Assembly (NCBI GenBank): GCA_017628165.1
Contig: JAGBZQ010000010.1
Span: 1-33,931, forward strand
Reading direction: 5' to 3'
Source: Kiritimatiellia bacterium
GTDB lineage: Bacteria; Verrucomicrobiota; Kiritimatiellia; RFP12; UBA1067
DNA length: 33,931 nt
The stretch's first letter is position 1; each line of letters opens with the position of its first letter. Of this stretch, positions 14,778 through 26,700 are shown piece after piece. Below the pieces are notes generated by a model. That model ran no database searches, was not told where the DNA came from, and worked only from the letters and a program-made list of their open reading frames with translations. Position numbers and translations under genes: made by a program.

Positions 14778-17700
14778 TTATTCGGTAATTTTGACTTTGA
14801 AGAATCCGCTCGAAGCGCGCTTGAGATCCTCAATAATCTTGAGCGTGACCTCCTGCGGCTTATCCCCTACCGTGATCTGGACAGGGAAGGAAACCTCATC
14901 CCATTCGGACTTATCAAGCGTCTCTTTGTACAGAACCTGGCATTCGACAGTCTTCTCGCTATCGCCGGAAAGCGGAATGAATCCAAGGCCGTTAGCATTG
15001 CCTTCGGCGGTGTTGAGTTTACCTTCGATGGTGAGCTTTACGTTGCCATCAGCATCGAAACCTACGCCCGTAATCTCAATCTCCTCAACCTCGCTCTCGA
15101 CAGAGATGGAGCCGTCGGGACGGATTGTGATCGAATCGGGATCGAAACCGAGAGCAAGCGCGGTCATAGCGGGCGAAGAGAACGCCGTCATGATATAGTT
15201 GTTGTAGGCGTCCGTCCGGACAGATCCGACAACCTTGTCCTGAATGTTGGCGGTCAGGAGCTTGTTGATGGCGTAAGCGTTTGCCAAAGACGCATCAAGG
15301 CTGCTCGCCCCGTTATCGAGCTTGCCGCCATTCTTGACGAGCTCCCATGCGTCGGGCAGACAGCTGCCGTTCGTGTCGACATCCTCGATATAGATGTCAA
15401 TCGGAGCTGCAAAGCCATTAGCGTCGGTGACGACAAAGCCAAGAGGCGTATAGATGTCAGAGACCTTTTCGCCGCGCTTGCAAGCGTAGCCCCAGGACTC
15501 GGTGAGATCACGGACGCGCTTTGCCGTACCGGGGATATCCTTCATATCCGCGTAAGCCCTGAGGTAATACTTGCCGACGGGCACGCCGTACAAGAAGGCG
15601 TTCGTCTGATGTGTGACGCCCGCTGCAATGACGCTCTCAAGGTTATCCACCACAGCGCGCGCTGCGGGGATGCCGGTAAAGTCGGGCGTGGAGAACGCTT
15701 CCACCACAAACTCGGCCTTCTGGGCCACGCTGGCAGGCCCGAAGTATTTCACCGAGACGGGAATGTTCGCGTATCCGGCACCGATGGTGGGCGCGTTCAT
15801 GCGGAAGACGTAATTCTCCGTGGACCAAGCGTCCGTCTTGAACTTGGCGTTGTACATCGAGACCCTCCAAGTGTAGTTCTTGTTGTTCTCAAGCTCGTCG
15901 CCGATATACGCATCGGCTTCGAATGTATGGACGCCGTCAAGATCCTGCGCGGGAGCGCGGCGGAAGCCGGAATCCCAAACCACCTTCGTGCCGTCGAGAA
16001 TCTGCACCTTGAATGCCGTATATGTATGCGAACGCTTCGGCATTCTCCACTTAAACGTCGGATGAGTTCCGAAAACAACGGAATTTGCGGATCCGGGAGA
16101 GATGGCCTCAGCAACGGCCCGGCCGTTTTCAGGGTCGAAATAGCGGCGGACACCTACGGATGAACAAGGTGCAGTCTCCAGGTTTTCATCGCTTCCGAAA
16201 TAGATCAGATATCCGACCCATTCAACGTCATCACCCTTGTTAAAGCCGTTGATGATTTCATCGTAAAGACTATCCCAATCAAGATCCAACGCGCAATACT
16301 CGAGAATGTCCGCTTCTGTCAAGCACGCGTTCTGATCAAAATTAACAATCTTGTCAACGACTACGCGCAGAGGAGTGAAGGCCGGCTGCTTTCCATAACA
16401 GGAGGAATACGCGCGCACGACACGAATGCGCTCGGAACGCCCGCCGGAAACCGAGCCTCCATCGATTATGGACATATCGCTGCCGGCCTCTCCGAATATG
16501 ACCTTCCGGTCTGTTGTTTCCGTCGTAAGATTAATACGCGCAAAAACAGGATTCGTATCGGTAAGTTCAATCTCTGTCTTGGCCTGATGCCAGCCCACAT
16601 CAACACCAACGGCGGTGCCGAAAGGTTCGCCCGGCGTATAGTCGCCGCTGCCGTCAAGATCGTAGAACGCCACGATGGTGTTCTTTCCTTCCTTGACAAA
16701 GCCGTTTTCCGCCTCGCCAAGGAAGAGATCAAGCTTGTTGGACTGCATTCCGGGAACAACAGAATTGTACTTCAAGCGAAGCACCATCTGCGCCATGCTG
16801 ATTACAGCGGTGGAATTCGTCATCTCAACCCCGTGACGTGCGAGCGGAGTAAGGTCAAACGAATAGTCACCCGTCTTAAGATTGATCGTTCCCGTACGCT
16901 CTCCGCCGATGCAGATATAACCATTCTCGCCGGGGGTGTTGGTATCCTGGGTGACGGTAATAGCGCTGGCCTCTTCAAACTCGCCCCACTCGAACTCCGC
17001 AGACTGAAGCTGAATCAGATTCGGCCCGAACCTGTTGTAAAGGCTCATATACGCCTCATAGGAATCGGCGTAATATCCAGACGGCATCTGGGCGGCAAGG
17101 GCGGCGTCCACCCCGCTCAAATCGCCCACAAAGAACGTGTAGATGTCGTTGCGGTCGATCTCGGCAAATTCAAGCGTGAAGGATCCCGCGTTGATGTAGC
17201 CGGGGGTAAGAGTGCCGGAAACGGTCTTCTCGTCCCAAGGTCCGATGTACGCGATGTTCTCCCGCTCCTCTCCGGGCTGAATCGTAAATGTCGCATCCGC
17301 CACGGAAGAGCCGTCGCCCTTGCGCGTATAAGTCTTGACCACTATCGGAGCAAGAGTAGCCCTCTCTTCCTCGTTTCCGCCGCCACCTTCGTCGGAAGTG
17401 CCCGTCAAAGGCTGCAATCCGTTATAGCGGAGCGTGAGCTTCAAAGTCGGAATCGGCATATCCTTGATCTCGGAGTCTCCGACGACATGAGAAGCATAGG
17501 GTGCCACGATCGACTTCGTGAAGTTATGGAAACGCGCCTCGGCGTAGTTGCTCCAGCCGTCCTCGTCAGCATCGGAGAAAGCATCCCACTTGTAGCGGCT
17601 TGCAAACGCGGCGCCCCAGGAATCCTCGAGCTGATCCTCGATGAAGTCATGGTCGCTGAAGAGTTCGCCGGCGTAGAGCTCGCCTACCTTGATGAAGTAA

Positions 17701-20700
17701 TCAAGATCATAGCCATTGACACTCTTCGCATCAATCGGACTAAACTTGAGGCGATTGCCTGCGGAGTCCTTAACTTCAAAGACTTCGCTCAAGAGATACT
17801 CCGCCCAGTTAGAGAGACCATCACTATCATTATCGTCAACATCGCTCGAAGCGAAGATGTCGTACTTCTTCTCCCACCAATCAGGAATGTTATCGCCATC
17901 GGTATCGACAGTCGCCTTGTATGCCTCGTCAATGGTGCCATTAGGCTGCATACCGTTGATGAGATCAAACTTGTAGAGCTCGCCTGCGGTAGCCGGGAAC
18001 ATATCCTTGTGGAGGTCCTTGTATGCGGCAGGAACATCATTCTCGCCAATCATCATATCCCAGGCGATGTCAGTGCCGCCGGAGACAAGATTCTCCCACC
18101 AATCGGGAAGGCCGTCCGCATCATCGTCAGATCCGGTAAGATCCCATGCATCGGCAACGGCGCGGTCCCACATCTTCGGGCAAGTCTTCGCATAAGCATT
18201 GCCGAGCGGAATGAGATCCGTAGTGGCGGAGAAGCTCGAGCGCATCGCAAACTCTGCCATACGCTTATATGTCGCGAACGCTTCGCCATACTGCTCGGCA
18301 ACACGCGTAGCGGCAAAGACCTTCATATAACGATCAAGGTTATAGACCACGCTAGAGTAAGGCACGGCAGAGTTCGGGAATTCGAAGACCGCAAGCTCGT
18401 GCATCGCCGCAGGCGTGTAGAGGGCACCGAACTGCTTGGCGTAGATGGAGGTGTCCACCACATTTCCGTCAGCAAGCGGCAAGTGCCCCACTGTGTTCTG
18501 AATCCACGGCACTACATGATAATCAGAGTAAACGGTATTCTTGAGAAGGCTCTCGTTCCACCAGCCTACATTGAGATCGTCAGCCGATCCCTTAAGCGCG
18601 GCAACATCATAAAGACCGGCAGCATCGATCTCCGGATTGGCGGCGTAGCTGCCAACCGCAGCATCAAGAACCTTGGCGGCGAAACCGGCAGGCGTCTTAA
18701 GAACGTCTCCAGCGTTGACTGCGCCAGGAAGCGTCATGAAGTTATAGTGGAAAACAAGCTCGGCCGGGAGCATTTCCTCGCTGTCGTTATTATTGCGAGT
18801 AGCATCCTCAAGCCACGCATACGCCACTTCGCTACGGTTCTCAAGAGCATCCTCGAACGTATAGCGCTTGCGGAAATCGGCCTTGATTTCGGCAGCGGTG
18901 CGCGCGCCGTCCCAAACACGAACTTCGTCGATCCAGCCACCGAAGAACTCGCGCATGTTGGCAAAGGTTTCCAGATGATCGCCCGTGGTCTCGTCAATCC
19001 AGTATGGGGCGAGCGCAGCCTGAGGATCGCCAGAATTCTGCACCACCACCGAAGCCTTCTCGGGGCGAGCACCAATAATAAGCGAAGCCGGGAGCGAGGA
19101 GTAGCCGGTAGTGGGGATGCCACCTTCCGCACCAGGATTCTGCTGGAGCATCGTCACGCCGTTGGCAGGAATGAGTGTTGTCGCGGCGCTATTGACAGCG
19201 TCACCGTTCACATAAAGAGTGAGCGTAGAGCCGTCGAACGTAAGCGCCACGTGCGCCCATTCGCCCACAGTGAGGCTCGTACCGTCAACACGCTGGCAGC
19301 TGATCGGATGATTGAGACCAGACTCCATGGCATCGTTGTTGTCGAACATACCGTAGACGCGTCCGTCGCTATAAAGACCGATGCGGAAGTTCGCGCGAAT
19401 CGCGGCGGCGTCGCCCGTAATGCGGCTTCCATCGTAAACGATAGCACGCTCGATAATCGTCTGCTCGGCGCCCGTCTTCTCGGGCCTTACCCAGCACTCC
19501 ACCGTGAACTGCTTGAGGAGGTCGGACGACTGGATGGGACGCTCCTGAAGCTCTCTTGAAAGGGCATAGGACTGCACACCATCAAGATAGAGCGCCTGGC
19601 GGCGGTCAGGGTCCTCAAACTTGAGAGGATCGGTGGCAGGGGTGAAGCCAGTCACCACTTCCGCACCGTCAAAGACGAAGTCGCCGTCCGTATCGTAGCC
19701 TTCACCCTCTTCAAAGCCGTACATATACTCGAAGTCCATACCGCCGGCCACGGCTGCAATCTCGAACTCGGAGGACGGTGGCGGCATCCAGGGTTGCGCT
19801 ATGAGGCGCTGCGAAGTCACGTAATACTGCGCCACGTAGCTCACAGGAGTTGAGCGCTCGGTGAACCAAAGCGGAGTGGGGTCGGTATGGCGCGGCATCG
19901 GATCTGCCGCATTGGCCACGATGCGCTCGTCGTCATTGCGCATTCCGTCGCCGTCGGCATCTGCGAGAGCCGTACCCATGATCCACGGATAGAGAACTGC
20001 ATCAAACGCCTGAGGAGCCGCAATCGGAGTGGCAGCCACTGTGGGCGGCTCACCACTCACGCGGCCATCGAGGCTCACGTAATCGGGGAAAATCCACTCG
20101 TTATAGTAGGCGTTAAATGAGCCAAGGCAAGAGTCGCCATTGCGCTCGGCGTTGACAGCAGAGATGATATCGCCGCGCTTACCGCCAGTCCATACGGATG
20201 CGTCAGGCGAATCAACATTCGTTCCAAGAATCGGATTGAGACCGTGGAACATTTCATAGTAATCGTCCATGCCGTCGCCATCGGTGTCGGCCATGCGCGG
20301 ATCGGTGGTGACATATCCGGCCACGCTGCCTGAAGTAATCATAGAGGGCTCTTCGCCTTCTTCTGTCATAACGCTTACAGGCCACATATAAATCGGGTCT
20401 GCCAAAACAACGCTCGTGATGGCGCGATCCCACTCCTGAACGGGAGCGGCAAAGTAGCCGAGCATACGCCAACCTTCCTCCGTCCAAGGCTTCATGAGAT
20501 CATATACATCTGCACGAGCCTCCACATCCTGCGGAACCTCTCCCCATGCCTCTGTGACATTACCCTGGAATGTACCAACATCTGCCATATCGAAAGGCAC
20601 ATAGCCATAGAACGCCTGCTGGAAAGCGCCCTGATCACCAGAAAGGAGGCGTCCCATGAGCGGAGTGGAAACGTCGTCGTAGCGGAAGTGACGAACGGAC

Positions 20701-23700
20701 TGGATCAAGTACTCCTGGAAGTTCTGCAGGCCGTCGTGGTCAAAGTCCACATCGCGGACAGTGCCGAGAAGCGGATCGTAAGAAAGTCCTCTCTGGGCGG
20801 AATCGGTGCAGACATCGCCGGGGAACGTGGCGTCCATACCGCCGGCGATATAGATAACGGCAGTAAGGGCTTCACTATCAGCGGCACCACCAGCGGTGTT
20901 CGCATCTCCTGATGCGCTGTCCGTAGAGTTCGTGCCTGCGGCGGCTCCCGCAAGGCGAGCAAAGATACCGTCTGCCACCAAGGTTGCCATATCCACCTGA
21001 GCCGAGCCTACACGACCATTGTTGAGTGGATCTACCGGCGTGCCCGTGAGCGCATCCACAGGAATACCCGCATGCTGCATTTCCCAGCCGTCGGGGATGC
21101 CGTCAAGATCTGTATCGATCGTGCAGGGGTTCATGCCTGCGCCGCGGATGCAGCAAGAGCCGTCATCTGCGGGCGAACCATAGATAAAGCCGAGAAGGAG
21201 ATCCGTATAGGTATTGCCTCCATTGTAGAAGTCGTGCGCCCAATTGCCGCCCTCCTCACCGTCGGTCACACCATCGCGGTCCGTATCAGCGCCGGGGATA
21301 ATATCCTCACCCATGTGCTGACCAGGGCCGACAGTGTTGACACCAGGATTCGTCGGGAAGAACTTGTTGAACCAGCCCATCGTATTGCCAAGATGGTTCT
21401 TGTAGATGGAATCGCACCCCTTATACGCATTGCAGGAATCGGTACCTGCATATTCAAGAGCATAGCTAAGACCGTCGGCATCGTAATCAGACGCGCCAGG
21501 AATGCCTTCGCCGTCCTCAGCGCCAGGCACGAGAGGTGCGAGGCAAGGATTGCGGCCCATATAAAGCTCCCAGCCGTCAGGAACTCCATCAAGATCCGTA
21601 TCGGCGCCATGGGTGGTCACAGGAGTATGGATGCTGCCGGCCTGCTTAAATGCTTCCTGAAGCTTCTCGGCAATTTGCTGTGTGGACGACTTTCCGCCCT
21701 TCTCTTCGCCTTCACCTTCACCGTCACCTTCTTCTTCACCCTCACCTTCGGTCTTCGGATTCACAACATTTGGATTGGTGGTCATGTCCCCAAACACCCC
21801 CCATGGATGAGGCGTTGGAGGAACATCGTAATAAGAAATCTCAAAGTCGTTACGATACTTCATCACCAAATACTCGTCATAAGTATAGTAAGGACGGGTA
21901 TTGATGGCCGCGCCAGTGGTATCACCAAGCTGAAGAGCCGTATTGATCATGGGGTTCCAGCGATCGGTCACATAGCCGTTCACATTGCTCCAAGCAGTAC
22001 GCGGATCGAACCCGAACGCCTGGCGCACCTGATCGTGGATAAGGATACGGTCGTTGCCTGAAGTAATACGGGCTACTTCAATTCCCTCGGCGAGATTCTC
22101 GGAACCTACCTCGAGGACCTCCACCATCACATGGCCCCAAATGCGCTCAGCGGGTGGCACATTATCAGGATTGGGATCTCCCTCAAGACCATAGCGAACA
22201 ATCTCGCCATTAGCATCTTTCTTGACACCCACCCTAACGAAGCGCGCATTTTCTACCGCTTCAGTGAGAACGCGCCTAACTTCAAATGTAGGCTCGCCTT
22301 CGGGCTCCGCCGGCGGCACGGTCACCACGTCAATTCCGACAGCACCCTCGGGGATGTTGATATAGACCTTGAAGCCGCCTTGATCTTTCGAAGCATCGAG
22401 GTTGGCATCTGCAGGCACCCAACCATTGCTCAAGCGGAAATACGCCATGAAGTCTCCGTCAGGGTTGGTGCTCTTATCTGAATTACTGAGAGGATCAAGG
22501 CACATCATAACTTCCCAGCCGTCACACATGTGATCGCCGTCAGTATCCCAATGGCAAGGATTCGTGCCGATAACAAGCTCTTCAAGATCGGAGAGACCGT
22601 CGTTATCAAAATCGGGATTCTTGGCAAGCACGTCCGGCTCAAGAGGCGAGCAGGGATTGAAGCGAGCCTCGATATCGGCATCATCAATCGTCTTACCTTT
22701 GAGAATATTGGCATGATTGAATTTTTCTGCCTTGAAGTAGCCTGGCTTCGCGAGATTGTTGACGTGCGCCTGATACCAGAAGAAATACTCCCAGCCATCC
22801 GAGAAGCCGTCGCCGTCGGTATCCTCAACCGTCGGGTCCATGCGCGGGTAACGGTCGGAGCCCGGCTCAGGAGACCAAAGCTCGAGATCGGGCACGGCCG
22901 GATCAAGCCCCTTAGCGGCGGCAAAAGCCTGCCACGCCTCCGTTTCATCCGGAGGATCCTTGTCTGTGCCGTCGTCCTCAGGCTTCTCAGGTTCGATGAC
23001 ATTGAAATCAGCATCAGACCTCGTCATGTCAAGAGCATTGAGTCCGTCGCCTAAGCCGCGGATCTCCAGACGGGTCGTGAAGGGAAGCCCGATCGGCGCA
23101 TAACTGTTGCCCTTTCCGCCGTAAACTGCAGGAAGGAAGTCCTCGTCGGGATTGGAAGAGGAAAGATTGACGAGGTCGTTGTCGATGACCGCCTCGGCGC
23201 CGGTAACCAGATTGATCAGGTTGCCGCCGCCCCATGTCTTCACAGCAAAGACGTCAGGAATACCGTCGGCGTTGATGTCGCCGAGGTTGTCGCTCACGCG
23301 CCATTCGCGGGCAAAAATCGCCTCGACTTCCGTATCAAGGTAGTTGCCGTCCTTGGTCTGCTCGTTGGGGAGGTTCACACGCCCCGTTGCCGCCTTGCCG
23401 GGGATTTCAGGGGAAATCGTAGCGCCGAGGATGGAATCTGTCGAACCACCGTTTTCATCAACCGTATGAAGAATCCAGCAATAGAAGAAGGAGTCCTTCT
23501 TGTCTTCATCCTTCGCGGCATCGGCAAACGTGTAGCGATAGCAATTATTCTGATTTATGCTGACGCCAGCCTGCGCGCGGCCGTTCTTGTCGATCGCAAT
23601 GTCGTTTCCGCCGTCAAGCTGACCGCCGTCCACGGGATCGTTCACCTTGTAGCCGTACGCGTAAATCTCGACCGCCGTTTTCTTGGAGCAATTCCACTTG

Positions 23701-26700
23701 AGGCGGAAGTTGTTCGCGCTCGAGAAAGAAGCGCCGCTTCCGACAAACGTATGCCCCTGTCCGAGAGTTCCGTAAATGTTCGAACCGAGAAGCGCATACT
23801 TCTGCGAAAGCTTCGAAGTGGACGTGCCGCCCGAAGGACCGGTCGAAATCGTGGTAAGGAACTTAGAAGGCGTAACCTTGTAGAGGTACGTGTAGGTGGT
23901 GTAGCCGCCGTCCTTATCCTCGATCGTCATCGTGACGGTCTGGTCACCCTGGACCGAGCCGAAGTTGGGGATGAAGACGCCGCTCGTTCCCGATGTGCGG
24001 CTCGTCACGTACGCAAGGCCGTCGTCGGCATTGTCGCATCCGGCGAAGCTGACCTTGATGCCCGTCGTCTGACCGTCGGACCAAAGGCCGGTGTAGTCGT
24101 TGTCCACGTCATTGCGCACAGTCCAGCGGATAGGATACTGCGTGGCCGCGCCGCCCGCAACCTCCCAGCGGTTGCTTTCATTGTTCTGATCGGTGACCAC
24201 CGCTACAGGGGCGATGTTGTTGATATAGAAGCGCGTAGTCTGAGGGAGATAATATTCAGCCCAAGACTTGGCAGGATCGCTGCTTGCCGCCGTATTGAGA
24301 ACCTGCGCCTTTATGGAGAAGCCCGGCGACATGGTGAGCATCGTGCCGTCCATCTTTGTGACGGAAATCTCCTGACTCTCCGTACCGCGGAACTTAAGGA
24401 AGTAATGCTTGCAGCCCGCAGTGCCGTCTGCGGCGATCGCATTCGAAGCAAGAGTTTCATATCCCTGCGGAATATTCTCAAGAGCCGCATCAAGCTCCAG
24501 GACTCCGGCATTATCGCCCTCCGGCGGAATGACCGTAACCATTACCACCATTTCCTCGGCGGCATTGTAGTACCCGCCGAGACTGACGGAGACCTTGCGC
24601 CTCTTGGCCATTTCGCTGTCTACCTCTTCGCTAGGATCCTGAACATCCGCCACGACGAGCTGAGGCTGATCAACCACATCCACATAAACCTCGGCAAAAA
24701 CCTCCGACCAGTCGTCCATATCCTTGTCCTTGATCTGGACCTTGACCTTATAAGTGCCTGCCTGCTGGAATGTGACGGCATGCTTCTTGTCATTCGGATT
24801 GCCCACAATTGGCGTAACAGGAATCGTAATGCCGCCGCCGACGCGCGTAATCGTCCAGCGCGTGGTGAAGCCGTCCGTAAGATCGAATCCGCCCTTATCC
24901 TTGACAATAGCCTGGAACGTCTGAGTCTGCCCGATGGGATACGCGCCGTCGAACTTGAGAAGGCCGCCGTTCTCCACCGGCTCGAACCCGTTCATTTCAA
25001 TGCGCGTAATCTCAGGCACGACATTGAACACCTGAATTGTGGCGTAATTGGAGTTGTAACCGGTGACAACGGAATTGGGATCGTACTCGGCTTTTGTGCA
25101 GAGAACAACTGAGAAGTAGTAGGAGCTTCCGCCGGTATCCTCGCTCAGGCCGTCGAGCAGCTTGATCGAAGCAACAGCCTCTTTGCCGGGGCCGCCGTTG
25201 TCAGGATTGATGACGATACCCTTCGTAAGGAGATAGTCCTGCGCAGTCATGTCAGGCGTAATCACGCACTTGCGCCCGAGCGCGCTAAAGTGACCGGCCT
25301 TGGTTTCATCCGGTCCTGCCACAAGAAACGCATAAAGCTCCGAGCCCGTATCATTGTCGGCGTTAAGCTGGATCTTGAACTTGGCCGTATCGCCTTCGTT
25401 GTAGGTGTCAGACTCGGTTGTCACCATAACCGTCTTCGGGGCAGCCACCGTGGCTATAAGCTTAAGTATGACGCGCGTGCCGTTGATCGGATCGGTCACG
25501 CGGATCTGCGTGGTGAAGGATCCTGTTGAGGTGGAAGCGGAAGATGTGGGATAGACGAGCTCGGGAAGCTTGCCGGCTGCGTCGCGGAGAAGGCCGCCCT
25601 GTCCGATGTAGAAGAAGCCGGAGAGCTCCTTCCAGCCGAGGGAATCGTTGTACTTGATCTCCACCTTGTAGCCATTGGCGGGACTCTCAATCTGCTGGGC
25701 GGCGTAAGTGTCGGCAAGCTCGATCTCAAGCTCCTGCGCAACGCCTGCCGTAGCGCCGATTTCGGAATCCTCGAGAGGAGAGTCAAAGCGCGGAGCCTCA
25801 GCCACCACTTCACAGCCGCCGGCCACGAAGCGATCCTGAGAGGTGAGCCCCGTAGCGGTCTGCTGATCGGCAGGAATCGAAGGCGTAAAATCGATTGTGG
25901 CGCCGCCGGAGGTGCGCGCGTCAGCCTTAAGGAAGAAGGCGTAAATCTTAGCGGAAGCCCTAAGCTGCCCGGCGGGGATCGTGACGGTGGCGGTATCGCT
26001 CAAAGCCGCAATCGTCTTAACCGACGTGGCAGATGTGGAGAAACGGACATAATCCGCCATATCACCGTCAAATCCGACGATGGAGGGCGTGACGGTAACA
26101 TCGATCGGCGTTGCGACAGGCTGGGTGAGCGCCACATCCACGATGGCGGAATATTCCTTCCAACCGTCGCCAACCTTGGCGTACGCCTTGTCGCGATCAA
26201 CGCTTACCACCACCGTGGGCGGAAGCGGCTTAAGGCATTTGACGGGAACCGTCACATAATCCGTAAGACGAACATTGGAAGCATTGAAATTGTATCCGAT
26301 CCAGGGGCTGAGCACGAGCTCGCAGGTCTTGCCTTCGCCGCCGGCGGCGCCTTCAATCTGGAAGTCCGCCGTCATCTGGCCGCTGCCAAAGGTGATCTCG
26401 CCCACCTTGACGCTCTTTTTGATGGGATTGCCTCCTTCATAGCCGACAATCATTTCAACACTCGTGCCGCCCTTGATGGTAACGGCGTCATCATCGGTGG
26501 ACCATACATAGAGCGTTACGGCGTGATCGGGGGCCGCGAGAGCCTCGAGCATGGGGGCCGTATTTCCGCCGGTGATGGATGAGGACTCGTGGACTGTGCG
26601 CCAGACGGCTCCAGCCTCGCCCTTGGGGATTTCCCAGTTGGCGTCAAAGCCGATAGTCTGAATATAGAATCCGCACTTAGCAAGGGTATAATCAAGCGCA

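Noticed and set aside
14778-14900. The C-terminus of the giant protein (…ASSGFFKVKITE) looks a little like a T9SS Por-type sorting domain ending
   Set aside because: The resemblance is limited to a short alternating beta-strand pattern. There are no T9SS genes here and the lineage context (PVC-like) does not fit. It cannot be supported without an HMM search.
16587-19559. A 990-aa plus-strand ORF, with similar long plus-strand ORFs at 1490-3055, 7801-9054, 10890-12431, 20688-22061 and 23466-25112
   Set aside because: All lie antisense to minus-strand genes that have strong, recognisable protein signatures. Their translations are Arg/Leu/Gly/His-rich low-information sequence typical of shadow frames in GC-rich DNA. 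One of them (10890-12431) even spans two different minus-strand genes and the gap between them.
21690-21760. The acidic GEGEEEGDGEGEGEEKGG run in the giant protein as a separate feature or coding repeat of interest
   Set aside because: It is a short low-complexity linker within a continuous ORF. There is no evidence of DNA-level tandem identity or of a function beyond a flexible spacer.
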